In this document: positions 11,733-23,396 of the stretch, piece after piece | Numbering within the stretch: position 1 is the first letter of the stretch | Layout of the letters: every line of letters begins with the position of its first letter | Source of the DNA: Perkinsela sp. CCAP 1560/9 | Taxonomy: Eukaryota > Protista > Euglenozoa: Kinetoplastea | Length of the DNA stretch: 64,000 bases | Assembly: GCA_965644495.1 (NCBI GenBank) | Contig: CBFFSA010000001.1 | Coordinates: forward strand, 868,001-932,000 | Direction of reading: 5' to 3' | The notes under the pieces: generated by a model | Seen by the model: only the letters and a program-made list of their open reading frames with translations | The model's database searches: none | Told to the model about the DNA's origin: nothing | Program-made: the position numbers and the translations under genes

Positions 11733-12327
11733 GAATACTGGGGTTCGAATCTATTGCTTTTAAAGGGAATAAGGTGCGTATACCACAGCTATACTGTGAC
11801 AAAGCGCATGTACTGTTTTTCTTCATGTGCATGAATATGTGTGTGCCATATTGTACGTGTGCCGATGTATACCTACCGTATGTAGTTTTACGTATGTACC
11901 TCGGTGAATAGACCGTCCCACACATTTAAGAGCATGTAGGCCATTCAACTAAGCTACTCGAGCGATTCTCGCACTGAAGTCTTCTATCCTTGGTGTGCAG
12001 TTTGCTCCCTTTAGAGTAGCGTCGTACGCTTGTGTGTAAATCTTAGACATCGAATTACTTTGACGATCTCCCGCCATCCATAATGGAAAAGTCACATTCT
12101 ATTTGACACATTTGCATCCCATTTTTAGATGCTACTTGCACATTTGCCTATCAGGTTGATCATACATACTTGTATGTAAATGTATCTAAACATCAAAGTA
12201 TCTATAGTATCAGGACTACAGTATGTAGTATCAGGACTAAAGTATGTACGCCTGTTATTTCCTCCTATTTTCTTATTTATCCGTAACAATCCATCTCTCT
12301 TTTCACTACCCTTCCACCCATTGATAC

Positions 12328-14802
12328 ATGTCCGGTAACACAACCCCTTTATCCGCCCGACCCAACACGTCCGCAAGCAATTGGGTACCCAGCTGGGTTC
12401 GCAACGACGACACACCACTTCAAACCGAGGACGCCTCCCCCCCAGATCTCGCCCTCCCCCCCACCGGAAAAGACGAAGCCCAAGATCCCACCCCCGTCTC
12501 CTCCCCCACCCCAGAAGAAGACAAACCCGTGGAAGACAAACCCGCGCTCGTCCACCAGCCCGTTCTCCCCCCCACCCCCACCTACTCCGTCCTCCCCATG
12601 TCCCCTGCCCTACGCGGGGCGCACCACATCCCGCACTCCCAGGCCAGTCGTGTCCTCGTCGACACCTCCTTTGATCTCGTCTCCCCCGATGGCCGTGTCG
12701 TCGGGCTCACCCGGGAGGACCGCAAGACACTGCGCTGCGAGATTTCGATTACCGACATCTCCCCGCAATTCCTGGGATGGTGCCTGGGGCCCAACGACCG
12801 ACTAAGTTTTAATCTAAAGTCCACACTGTCTCAGCTTGGGCTGCACAGTGTAACGGATGAGTTGGTGCTGGATAAGGAGACACGCTCGGCATCTTGTGTG
12901 ATACGGCTGGTGGCGATTGCAACCATGGGGGTGCTGGCGCTAGATTTTGTGGAGATGGGTACACAGTTGGGGAAACTGTTTGCGGTGTGTGCCGCACGCC
13001 GGGTTCACCATGAACAGTATATCCGACAGCTTAAGGGACGCACCACGCGGTTTGGAGATCCCTTGTTGGTGTATGGCGCCCAGGATGAGGAGGATTGGGA
13101 GCTTGAGGAGAGGGACGGTCGTCTTGTGGCGTTTATCAAGCTGAAACCAGGGGCCATTACGTATGATTTTGAAATCACGGGGTTTCTTCCTACCGTTGGC
13201 AAGGCACTGCGATCAAAAAGCACCACCCACATTCGTCCCATGCTACGTTTGCACCAGAACCACAAAGGGAGTAACTCTCGCTACGCCCGGGAGGGAGACA
13301 TGTTAATGGTACGTTCGAAAGCGATGCACATTCATACGATGTTCGCCCGTGTTGTCGATGAGTTGCTCCCTCCGGGGATTCACTGCACCTCCGCCAGTGT
13401 ACTCGAGCCCTACGGCTCCAGTGAGGAGGAGACGCTGTGCGGGCGCACGTTTGTGTTCTACGGGGACTCGGACAAGGAGCTTGACCGCATTCCGATTGAG
13501 TTCTACACCGTGGAGCCGTATCGGGAGGGAATTGCTTTTGAGGACCGCACCGCGCTTAACAAACTCTTGATGAACTTTGAGGAGGCCTCTGCGGCATTTG
13601 CGACGGCACCCACGGAGCACGATGTTCAGGCGTGCGTGTATATTTGCAAAGGGAGTCAAATGAGTGAGCTGACGGAATCTTCGTGGATTACGTCCCGACC
13701 TCAACCTGTGCCATACGTTGGTTCGGTTCACCCACAGCAGCAGTTGAGTCAGGCTCGACAGTATCTGGTGCAGCAATGTCAGTACGGACTTCTGAAAGCA
13801 ATTGCACAGGGCGAGATTACAAGCCAAGGCGTACTGCTCACTAAGTACTTTATCTCACCAATTCTGAAACACTTTTTACTCTCGGGGTATGTGTGCCAAT
13901 GTGTACGTGCGATCTATTTTCTCGAAGCCAGTCAGTCCACGGGCTCTTTCTTTAGCCAAAGCGATCGTGCCATGTTGCAAGATCTGATGTTGTTTGGAGT
14001 TCGAGTCTACCACGTAGATGTTCGCCGTCGACAAATCTTTCAGTACGTACATCGAATGGGCACAGACAGCGGTATGTTTGTCCCAATGGGTCGGAAAGAG
14101 GAGTATCTCCGAGCCTTCTACGTCGGAGTGTACGGCTCAAATCTTGTGGAAGGCGATTTCGAGTCCGACCTCAAAACAGTATTCAGTGGTCTTAAACAGA
14201 TCGTCACAACTTCTCCAAATCCCGAGGTATCCCAAAAAGGTCTTTGCGTCGTCACTGGTGGTGGTCCAGGCATCATGGAATTGGGAAATCGCGTCGCACA
14301 TAATCTGGGTATTTTGTCTTGCGGCTTGTTCGTGGACTTTGGTGCCGGAAAACGAAAAGCAGGTGTTGTTATTAATGAGCAGAAGCAAAATAGTTTTGTT
14401 GACGCCTGGATGACCTACCGATTGGAAAAACTTGTAGAGAGACAGTCTGACTTTAACTTAGACTTCCCGATTATTTGCGTTGGCGGAGTTGGCACTGATT
14501 TCGAATACGCCCTGGAAGAGGTCCGACGAAAAATTGGTACGACTCCTCCAAACCCCATACTAATCTTTGGGCCTAAGAAGCACTGGAAGGAGAAAATTAC
14601 GCCTCGATGGAGAGCGAATCTTGAAGCGGGGGTGGTGAAAGGTTCCGAGTGGCTTAGCAATGTTGTCTACCTTGTCCACAGTGGAGAAGACGGACTCGAA
14701 GTGTACCGACGCTTTTTCGCCGGTACTTTGCGCATTGGGGCATCCCATCCATCGAACCTTGATGGATTCATTGAGGTCAACGATGAATTTTGGGCTCAGT
14801 AG
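12328..14802 (+). CDS. Large protein with C-terminal LOG (lysine-decarboxylase-like / nucleotide phosphoribohydrolase) domain
   Basis: VGVYGS, VVTGGGPGIME, LVERQ and VGGVGTDFE (PGGxGTxxE variant) in the last ~230 aa. Confidence 0.8.
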   Translation: MSGNTTPLSARPNTSASNWVPSWVRNDDTPLQTEDASPPDLALPPTGKDEAQDPTPVSSPTPEEDKPVEDKPALVHQPVLPPTPTYSVLPMSPALRGAHHIPHSQASRVLVDTSFDLVSPDGRVVGLTREDRKTLRCEISITDISPQFLGWCLGPNDRLSFNLKSTLSQLGLHSVTDELVLDKETRSASCVIRLVAIATMGVLALDFVEMGTQLGKLFAVCAARRVHHEQYIRQLKGRTTRFGDPLLVYGAQDEEDWELEERDGRLVAFIKLKPGAITYDFEITGFLPTVGKALRSKSTTHIRPMLRLHQNHKGSNSRYAREGDMLMVRSKAMHIHTMFARVVDELLPPGIHCTSASVLEPYGSSEEETLCGRTFVFYGDSDKELDRIPIEFYTVEPYREGIAFEDRTALNKLLMNFEEASAAFATAPTEHDVQACVYICKGSQMSELTESSWITSRPQPVPYVGSVHPQQQLSQARQYLVQQCQYGLLKAIAQGEITSQGVLLTKYFISPILKHFLLSGYVCQCVRAIYFLEASQSTGSFFSQSDRAMLQDLMLFGVRVYHVDVRRRQIFQYVHRMGTDSGMFVPMGRKEEYLRAFYVGVYGSNLVEGDFESDLKTVFSGLKQIVTTSPNPEVSQKGLCVVTGGGPGIMELGNRVAHNLGILSCGLFVDFGAGKRKAGVVINEQKQNSFVDAWMTYRLEKLVERQSDFNLDFPIICVGGVGTDFEYALEEVRRKIGTTPPNPILIFGPKKHWKEKITPRWRANLEAGVVKGSEWLSNVVYLVHSGEDGLEVYRRFFAGTLRIGASHPSNLDGFIEVNDEFWAQ

Positions 14803-16040
14803 CCATGCAGAAACATTGTTTTTGGGCGATTGCTGCGTTCTTGCTTAATGTTTTTAAAACATAAAGCCTTTTGTCATATCTAACCATCAACTTTATATTG
14901 TGCTTCATTACTTTATGTGCGTGTAATCGAACGTATTTAAGTTGGAAGCGGAACATGATGACACTGTGAAACTTCATTTTCGACTTCCAAATATACATTG
15001 GGAAGCCGTTAGATTTACTCCGTATACATTATTATTATTTTGGTCATGCTTCATTCCGCAATTATTTATGGCTTCAAACCGAAGAAAGTCAAGGCACATC
15101 CACTCGTTTTGAAAAGTTTTCTTGAAGATTTCTTCAGATGCATACTGTGCAGGTATAATGTAAGTGTACATAACATATGCGCCGGAATACTCAGGTATCA
15201 TTTTTTTCTTCTTGAACTCTAAAATTTTTTGGCATTTTTACGCAGTTGAAAATTTTCAGTGAGAAAAAAAATTGTCTATCTATTTTGCAAGTACATGAAC
15301 TTTCTCTGAACAAGAAATTGCTCCCTTGCCAGTCAGACAGGTAATATTGCGGATATCATTCTCTCATCTATGCACTGCACCATAAGTCATGGGGATTGGT
15401 AGCCGTGCTTTTCGTTGCAAAACGAACCCTTTGCGGTCACAACTGCGGAGATTAATGGGTTCAATACGAGAAGATCTGACATATTGTAGTGGTCGCATGA
15501 ATCCTTTGCTGCAACTTGCTGATAGTGATTTAGAGGCAGATACAAAGAAGCCACCAAGTTCCGTTAAAATTAAACTGAAGCCAACTCGTGTTATGAAATC
15601 TGATTTCGTTACCAATCAAAAGGGGGAACGACTATCACAGAACGAATCGTACTTAGCAGAGCCCAAGTCATCTGCCCTTACTTTCAAGAATCTACACACT
15701 GTGAAAAGAGAGACCTTTGTTGAGGTAAATTCCTTCAGCAAGACACATCCTCCGTTCACTGACAACCTGAGCACTAATTCGTACAGTAACTTCAACAACA
15801 CCAATAGAGTAATATCCAGTAATTCTGCTAAGTGTAGGAGTAAGTAGGTCGAGTCCGGGAGCTCATTCAGAAACGGGCACTCGACATTTTCACATTATGG
15901 ACCGAATGAATTTCATGATTGCCACTAAAGAGAGTTTACACAAGAGCTTACAAAGGTAAGCAATTCTTGTATCACCATTTTACTATTTGAGCTGACACAG
16001 TTTTATGTTTATTTTAATACGAAAGTAAGATAATTTTATA

Positions 16041-17069
16041 ATGTGCGGCAGAGCAGCCGTCGACGTTGAAGCGCCTGTACTCATTCAATACGCTCAAAGG
16101 GTGACAGCACGTAGAAGACGAAGAGAAGCAGTGCGTCTTCAAAGCAACAGAGCTACCTCGCAAGAACAAAGTACGCATACCGTTGATTTCGCACTGAATC
16201 ATAGTTTTGCAAAATGTAATGAAACGGGTACAGTGCGACCTACAAAGAATTCTGACTCTGCAGCGAGTGAGATATCGTGGATAAATAGCGAAGCGTTTCG
16301 TCCACATTCATGTAACATCAGTCCTGGTGGCTACTTAACTATTCTTGTTTCGCCGAACACGTGCAAAAAGGCATTCGTTCTGCAGACTCTTCCATGGGGA
16401 TTTAGAGTTCCACAAATGTCTTCGCTATTGTTTAATGCTCGTTCGGATTCCGTTTCTGAACGTGCTTCTTTTCGACACCATTTACAAAATCGGTGCATAG
16501 TGTTAGTAACAGGCTTTATTGAGTGGAAGCATTTTCCCAATTCTCCGAAAACACATCCTCAACCGTACTATATATATCCAAAAAGAGAGCTAGAGCTCTC
16601 GCAGGATGATGTACTGCGCAGCGCAAACGTTCTGAATGATAATCCCATTCAATCTCGTTTGATGCCTCTTGCAGGTCTCTATGACAGTGAGCGATGCACA
16701 ATACTTACTGTGGACGCATCCGACTCGTTGAAGTGGTGTCACAATCGAATGCCCGCCATATTGGATACTCCAGAGACCGTAGATTTGTGGCTGGATAATA
16801 CTCTACCATTCCATGAAGTAAAACACGTACTCACGCCGTCTGATGAAGTGCAATGGCATCCGATTAACCCTAATTTCAGTAAGCGCGTAGAATCTAATAC
16901 CCGAGACCCGGCACGGAAATCTGCTCTGGACGAATACCGACCAAAAGACCTTATGTCATTTTTCTCAAAATCAACTAAAACAGAAAAACTTTCGCATAAT
17001 AACTCAATAACTCCGCAAAAACCACGCAAAAAGAATACTCCCGATGAAACCATTAGCTTATACAACTAA
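16041..17069 (+). CDS. HMCES: SRAP domain abasic-site processing protein (HMCES/YedK family)
   Basis: N-terminal MCGR (catalytic Cys2), PWG, FNARSD, RCIVLVTGFIEWK, HNRMPAIL. Confidence 0.92.
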   Translation: MCGRAAVDVEAPVLIQYAQRVTARRRRREAVRLQSNRATSQEQSTHTVDFALNHSFAKCNETGTVRPTKNSDSAASEISWINSEAFRPHSCNISPGGYLTILVSPNTCKKAFVLQTLPWGFRVPQMSSLLFNARSDSVSERASFRHHLQNRCIVLVTGFIEWKHFPNSPKTHPQPYYIYPKRELELSQDDVLRSANVLNDNPIQSRLMPLAGLYDSERCTILTVDASDSLKWCHNRMPAILDTPETVDLWLDNTLPFHEVKHVLTPSDEVQWHPINPNFSKRVESNTRDPARKSALDEYRPKDLMSFFSKSTKTEKLSHNNSITPQKPRKKNTPDETISLYN

Positions 17070-17132
17070 TGATGATACAGCTGGGGAAAATATAATGTGA
17101 CCTCTCCACATACAGGAGTACGCGTCAAAAGG

Positions 17133-17205
17133 CCTAAAATTCGTAAATCGTGTCCAATTTTGGAAAGTAAAAGCGCGTTAGAGAGCTATCACAGAGTTTG
17201 TGGGC
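17133..17205 (+). repeat. Dispersed intergenic repeat, similar to 61053-61125
   Basis: ctaaaattcgtaaatcgtgtccaattttggaaag..gagagctatcacagagtttg versus ctaaaattcgtaaaacttgtccaattttggaaaa..gagagctctcacaaagtttt. Confidence 0.7.
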
Positions 17206-18152
17206 TTACTCATTGACTGCTTTTAGAAGGTCATTTGAGCATGTGAAAAAAGGTATTTTTTTTGAATTCTTATTCTCAAAAGACCTAAAATATGCGAGAA
17301 CGTGCAGATCTCAAAATTTTACATGACGAAGTGGTTCTATAACCTATCCATGCCGCTGTGTGCCAAAAATAAGGTGGGGTGTTTTATTGATGAAGGGGAG
17401 TTTATAAGGGGAGTTTATAAATCCGCCATTAATAATGTTAGCAAAATCGGTGATTTTTCACCTACCTGTATTTTACAGGTGATGCGTGGTTTTAAAAAAA
17501 ATCCTTTCGATACGATTAGCTCAGGAAGTTTTACTTTTTGAAACCTCGAAAACATAACCATCTTTCCCTAACCCTTATCGTAATAAACATCGTAGCGTAG
17601 CAACGACGAATTTTCGTTTTCCTGAGTTCTTCTTTTGAGATTTCGCTGTATTTTCAGTGGCTGCGTGACCGGATCGTCGCACATTACCTTGCCCGCTTGC
17701 ATGACTCCGACTAAATTTCACATTGCGGTAGCCTCTGAATGTGAACCTCTTTAGTCGATTAGATTCTTCAAGGGGTCCATTCCGTCTTTTGTGGTATTTA
17801 GCCGTTCACGCTCAGAACAGGCGGGGGCAGTATTACTCGATCCACCTTCGGAAGAAGACCCACGTTTTCGCGGCACGCCTGTACACACTTGCCAATATTC
17901 GCTTGATCAGAGTTCGCGTTAAAAGCAAGGAAAAGAGCCTCGAGTTCAAGCAAAAAGTTATTGGCAAAAAATGATTTTCCCAAACTTATTTAAAGTTTTA
18001 AAACAGGCTAAAAGCCCCGGCACAAAGTGTATATGAGTCTAAGGGAACATTCCTTTTAGTACGTACTAAAATGCTAGTTGACTATGTATCATATTGGAAA
18101 GAATTTTGACGAATTTTGTTTTTTTATAAATTTGAGTAATCCCCTTATAGTA

Positions 18153-19190
18153 CTGTCCCCCCCTACTTAAGAGTCCGCCGATTTTGGGCATTTGGACTCT
18201 TAAGTAGGGGGGTCACAATTTTCCGGACTCTTAAGTGGAGGGGTCAGCATTTTTTCATAAAATTTCAGTATGGCCGGTTCCTTTTTTGTCTATGTTTTTT
18301 TCTCTATTTTGGTCTAATGAAGGTCGGCATCTGTACTATCGATAAGATAGCAGTGCCAGGGAAGACCACGAGGAGGTCCCGACCATACTTCCCCATTACG
18401 CACTCACATCAGGAGTGGTAAAGTTTATGAATTTGATAAAAGCTATTGTCTAGTTAAGGTGTGGAGACCAATCTTCGCATAGTGTTGATCTGCTAATATA
18501 CCCTTTTTCGACACCAAATGGAGAACATAAGTTATTTATTACGTGTAGTCCGCACGTATTTTCGCCAGGCATTTGCTGAGGGCATTTGGCAAAATACATC
18601 CAGTAAGGATCCTTTGAGCGTATTTCTAAGTGAGAAATAAGCAGGGGTCTGAAAATCTACAAAATCTATAATTATAGTACTATATAAACCCCTCCGCACC
18701 AATAAGGCACCCATCCTTAACGCAGAGATTATAATTACCCTTAACGCAGAGATTATAATTAGTATTATAATTCGGTCGGGCGGGCGGGTTGGGATGGTGG
18801 GGGTGTGAGAAGCGCTGAAGACGATCGTTACCTTGATGGGAAAATGGGGATAGAAGAGAACGGGGTTGGCTACCGGAATGGAGTAACGGAAGGTTACCGT
18901 GGTTAGGTGGGGAGATAGATGAAGGGGGTTGGTCGGCAGATTGGCATAGTTGTCTACCATGCCTGCCCGTAGTCTGCTCCTTGCTCGGTGTACCATCAAG
19001 TATAAATAGCTTGGAAATATTAAAACTAAACGCAATGGGCGGACACTATTAAAAAAAATCAAAGAAAATAAAAAGACACAAAAAAAAATCTGGCGGCGCT
19101 TCGCGCCGCAGGCAGCCCGAGGCTCCGTCAAAAAGGACTCTGAAGTAGGGGGGGTACACCGCGGACTCTTATGTAGGGGGGGGGGGACAG
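18153..19190. mobile_element. Non-autonomous TIR DNA transposon (~1.04 kb) with TA target-site duplication, Tc1/mariner-pogo(Tc2)-like
   Basis: TA|CTGTCCCCCCCTACTTAAGAGTCCGC ... GCGGACTCTTATGTAGGGGGGGGGGGACAG|TA, with subterminal GGACTCTTAAGT repeats at both ends. Confidence 0.9.
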
Positions 19191-19714
19191 TAGTTACTTA
19201 CATGTACAGTGCCGTTTGGCCAAAACTAACAACGTGTGGGGGACGGTACTATAAGGTTTATAGTACAAACGGAAATCTAGAGCTATACGAAGAGAATATT
19301 TCCAAGTAACAGAGGATTGAAGCCTTCCCACGCGCTCCGAATAGCAATCTATGGAGTCTGTACTTCGAGAAGGGCTGAGTAGGATTTTCGTTTAAAGTCG
19401 CAATTTTAGGATGGATTGGAGAATATGTGATGAGTACATTATTATTACAAGCGGATCCAATTTAACTACGGATTCGAGACATTAGTGGCACAAATCAGTC
19501 CCATGCAAAAAAAACTCCGAAATCGAACAAAATACGAGACCTGCAAGGGGGGTAAATGTTGCTGCTCAGGGGTGTATGTAACCACCACAACGTTTTCCAG
19601 TACCCTGGGAAGACACATGTTTAGGAAAGTCTACATAGCATAAAACGTTTCTGTAGTCTTATTGATAATAACTATGAAGGTTCTCATTTTACGAGTTCTA
19701 TTCTGCACAGAAAA

Positions 19715-20437
19715 ATGTTTTTTACCCGCACCACCCTTTGCTTCAACACTGCGGAAAGCTACGGCGCTACACGTCTTTCCAGGGTACGTGGAGCTCAACT
19801 CCCACCGGAGGTGCAGCTCGGACGATTCATTGCCACTGTTCGCCATCCGCACGCTTCGTGGTCCGCAGATTATCCCGCTCACGGGTGGCTCGGGGTGAAA
19901 ACTAAGGACGACGGCTCAGTAGAATCGATAGGGTGGCATTACGTCTCCCATTACGTCGGGAGCGTTCCTTGGCACCACTTGCCCGATACTCTTTTGAGCC
20001 TTGCAATCGCTGGTGCTACAATGGACGGAGGACTCCTCGCCGCTTACCTTCCTCGGACGCTTCGCCGTGTTTACTTGGTGCAAGATCACCTTTCTGGGCC
20101 CGTAGATTGGAGTGAGTTTCCGTCTTCCCTTACTCATCTGTCGCTTAATAAGAACCATTTTAATGGTACGATAAATGCAAATCAACTACCGCATACACTG
20201 AATACTCTCTCGTTGTATTCCAATAAGTTTTCGGGGGCGCTAGTCGTAGACGCGATGCCGCCGAGGATCTGCTACGTTTTTATGCAAATGAATTTGATTT
20301 CTGGTGTAGTAAAACTCGAAAATTTGCCTTCGACGTTACGGTGCCTAGATTTGTCACAAAATTTTATTCGGGAGTTCATTCCAATGTCTGTTCCCAATGT
20401 CGTCTGTATTAAAAATCAAGGCGCATCTCTAACTTGA
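19715..20437 (+). CDS. Leucine-rich repeat protein
   Basis: Repeated LP.xL..L.L..N.(F/L)SG.(V/I) units; N-terminal W.GV cap. Confidence 0.85.
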   Translation: MFFTRTTLCFNTAESYGATRLSRVRGAQLPPEVQLGRFIATVRHPHASWSADYPAHGWLGVKTKDDGSVESIGWHYVSHYVGSVPWHHLPDTLLSLAIAGATMDGGLLAAYLPRTLRRVYLVQDHLSGPVDWSEFPSSLTHLSLNKNHFNGTINANQLPHTLNTLSLYSNKFSGALVVDAMPPRICYVFMQMNLISGVVKLENLPSTLRCLDLSQNFIREFIPMSVPNVVCIKNQGASLT

Positions 20438-20711
20438 TTGATGTCCGCTACTTTGTATTTCTTCCTTCCAAAGCAAAAACAATCTTAAGGCTTACGATAA
20501 TAAATGACTGGGGTAAAGGATCAACTTCCTCATTTGGACATAAATTAGAAATTTGGTTTCCTATCGTCGAGAACTTACTCTAAGTCTCCATTTATACTGA
20601 AGCGGTATGCGTAGAATGTCTGAAAACCACTATTTGTCCAAAAGTTGCCGAAAAGCTTGAATCACCGAAGACAATTGCGATTGTATTCATCTTCCAGTTC
20701 GTCGGATTAAG

Positions 20712-20829
20712 ATTTTTCTTTTTAGGCTCTTCGTTAAACGCGGTGGTTTTCAACTTCGAAGTCACTCATGCTGCGCTCTTCGCGTTGAAAACTACCACCG
20801 CGTTTAACGAAGAGCCTAAAAAAGAAAAT
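20712..20829. repeat. Inverted repeat with ~43-bp arms
   Basis: tttttaggctcttcgttaaacgcggtggttttcaac / gttgaaaactaccaccgcgtttaacgaagagcctaaaaa; one 3-nt indel, ~29-nt spacer. Confidence 0.9.
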
Positions 20830-21604
20830 TTGGCCCGGAAAGCTAAGGAAAACGGAGAGATTATAGCCAAAAATAGCCGATTTTCGGGTAAAAATGGGGT
20901 CATATAAATGGGGTCAAATCCGATATTTGCGCGTGGGAAATCAGTCGTAGGCATGAATATAAGCCTACCGAACGTATTGGGTAGAGAATGGGACTCAAAC
21001 CACACCATTCTTTCGACACGAAAAGGCCCCTTGGGGTCCGAAAATTACTTTTTGTCGTTTTTTTCCGAATTTGGCAGACCCGTCCTGTGCATACGAGGGG
21101 GGGTCACCCCCGGGAAGGGGGGTGGAAAATGGGCGCCAAGACCTCGGCTACCCCTTCTGAGGACTTTTTTCGAAAAATAATTTTTTCAAAAAAAATTGCT
21201 CGACCATGACCCCCCCCCCCTGGACCCCCCCTAGACCCCCCATTTTTTTCAATTTGTTTTCAGAACTTTTCAATTTCTTTCACCGGAGCCCCCTTTTATT
21301 TTTTCTTCTATTATTTTACAGTGTTCCTCTTTATATTTTCACTGTTTTTGTTCACTTTCTTTTCAATAATCGAGGGTAGAGCGGTAGCTATACAACCACC
21401 GCAATAAGGGGTAATATGCAGTATAAATGTAGGCTGAAAGTTGAGAGAGATACGGTGAGTATCTAACTCGCTTACTAAGGTTAATTCCACGAGCCCAAAA
21501 TCGGCATAAAACGAGCACAAAAACGATTTTTTCAAAAAATTTAAAAACAGAGGTATGGCTCATCAATCAATGTCTGTAATTCTCCAAAAATGAAAAAAGT
21601 CGAG

Positions 21605-22295
21605 TACAGTCCGCCGTTTTTAGAACGCTTTTACCGAAAACGAGACTCGGAATGCGGCTCAGAAACGGAAATTTTCAAATCCAAAAAAAACGCGAAGATG
21701 CTTGAATTTGTTCCCAAAATTGACAGACTACAGCTGTATCAAAGCTTGGGGAATATTTTTGAACTAACTTCCAGAACTATCTTTTTTTTGAAACGCATTT
21801 CACTCGCCGACGGCATAACAAATGAACGAAAAAAAGGTATGATTTTTTCGGCGCTGAAAAAGTGGCCAGCTGGCCACACCCTGGCACAGTGGCGAGCTGG
21901 CCACCACCTGTAAAAATGGCTAGCTCACTACCAAAAAATACAGTTTGCGTTTCGTATACGCAAACCCTTTTGCCAAAAACGCGACCCGGAGTGCGGCTTA
22001 GAGACGGACATTTCAAATCCGAAAAAAACGCGAAGATGCTTGATTATGTTCCCAAAATTGACAGACTACAGCTGTTTCAAAGTTCGGGGAATATTTTTGT
22101 GCTCCTAAACTAACTTCCAGAACTATCTTTTTCTTGAAACGCATTTCACTCGCCGACGGCATAACAAATGAATGAAAAAAAAGTATGATTTTCTTGGCCT
22201 TGAAAAAGTGGCCAGCTGGCCACCCCCTGGCACAATGGTGAGCTGGCCACCACCTGGAAAAATGGCCAGCTGACTACTAAAAAATACAGTTCGCA
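21605..22295. repeat. Tandem duplication of a ~340-bp unit
   Basis: tttcaaatcc.aaaaaaacgcgaagatgcttga..cccaaaattgacagactacagctg..gaaacgcatttcactcgccgacggcataacaaatga..aaaaagtggccagctggccac occurs at ~21672 and ~22011. Confidence 0.9.
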
Positions 22296-22316
22296 TTGGA
22301 GACTGTGCAAGTCTTG

Positions 22317-22372
22317 GTTGGCATGAATTGGCACAAGTTGGCATGAATTGGCATGAGTTGGCATGAGTAGCC
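22317..22372. repeat. 10-bp minisatellite (ttggcatgar)
   Basis: gttggcatgaattggcacaagttggcatgaattggcatgagttggcatgag. Confidence 0.85.
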
Positions 22373-22787
22373 ATATTTTCGTTTTATCAGCCAATTTAAA
22401 TCTTTTTTCGGTGCGTTCTGCAAAGTTTAGGCTGGGCCGATGACGGAACTAAGTTTTTGCGGGCAGGCATTAACTACCCCAAAAAGTTCCGATTGTCTGT
22501 GAGTTCTAAAGACGAACGTGACATGGTGACAGTATTAAAAAACATTTGGAATAGCTTTGTCGGAGATTTGAATCGAAGGCGTGTGACGATTCGGTCCGAT
22601 CTAAAGTCTAGAATCATCGAGAAGCTGTCCGTGCATGAAGAGAAGTTCCGGGTACGCTTGACCTATGGCTTGACCTAAGGCCAAGGAGTACGTCGAATCA
22701 ACTTGTTGGGAAGAAGATGTTTCTTATACGTAAGATGAATAGCGACGTCTAAAAAAAGTCGCAAGCTCCCCACCTCCTGCACGAAAG

Positions 22788-23243
22788 GACAGCTGGTCAC
22801 TTTTTCAGTGGGTGGCCAGCTGGCCACTTTTTCGGGGAGTGGCCAGGTGGCCAGTTTTTCAGGGTGTAGCCAGCTGGCCCCTCTTTCTGAGGGTGGCTAG
22901 GTGGCCACTCTTTCACAGGGCGACCAGGTGGCCACTTTTTTTTAGGGTGGCCGGGTAGACACTTTTTCAGAGGGTGGCCAGGTGGCCACTTTTTCAGAGG
23001 GTGGTCAGGTGGCCCATCTTTCTGAGGGTGGTCAGGTGGCCACTCTTTCACAAGGCGACCAGGGGGCCACTTTTTCAGGGTGCGGCCAGGTGGCCCCTTT
23101 TTCAGGGTGTAGCCAGGTGGCGACTTTTTCAGGGTGTGGCCAGGTGGCCACTTTTTCTTAGGGTGGTCAGGTGGCCAGTTTTTCAGGGTGTGGCCAGGTG
23201 GCCCCTTTTTCAGAGGGTGGCCTTTTTCTTAGGGTGTTTGCCA
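22788..23243. repeat. ~27-bp tandem satellite (~17 units) with palindromic core GTGGCCAGSTGGCCAC
   Basis: Recurring gggtggccag(c/g)tggccactttttca. Confidence 0.92.
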
Positions 23244-23396
23244 CTGATCGTGAACATTGGTACCATCTAACGAACCATTGGTACCATCTAACGTTTTACG
23301 AAGTTTAAGACGAAACTGATTGATTTTACTGATTGATAAGACAAAACTGTTTTTGTAGAATCCAGGTATAAAGGGGAGAGGGAGATACGAAGCAAC

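Noticed and set aside
11738-11752. ggttcgaat B-box/T-loop-like word suggesting a tRNA
   Set aside because: No cloverleaf stems around it; no tRNA, rRNA or spliced-leader RNA gene was recognised anywhere in the window.
15364-15847. 152-aa + ORF and overlapping minus ORFs
   Set aside because: No recognisable motif or clear coding character; could be a small gene or decayed element but is not supportable.
18532-19131. 199-aa minus ORF inside the TIR element as its transposase
   Set aside because: No DDE or HTH motifs, non-ATG start, includes a tandem duplication; the element looks non-autonomous.
22788-23243. CRISPR-like array or repeat-protein ORFs (WPPGHP repeats)
   Set aside because: Units are contiguous with no unique spacers, there are no cas genes and the context is eukaryotic; the ORFs are just translations of the satellite.
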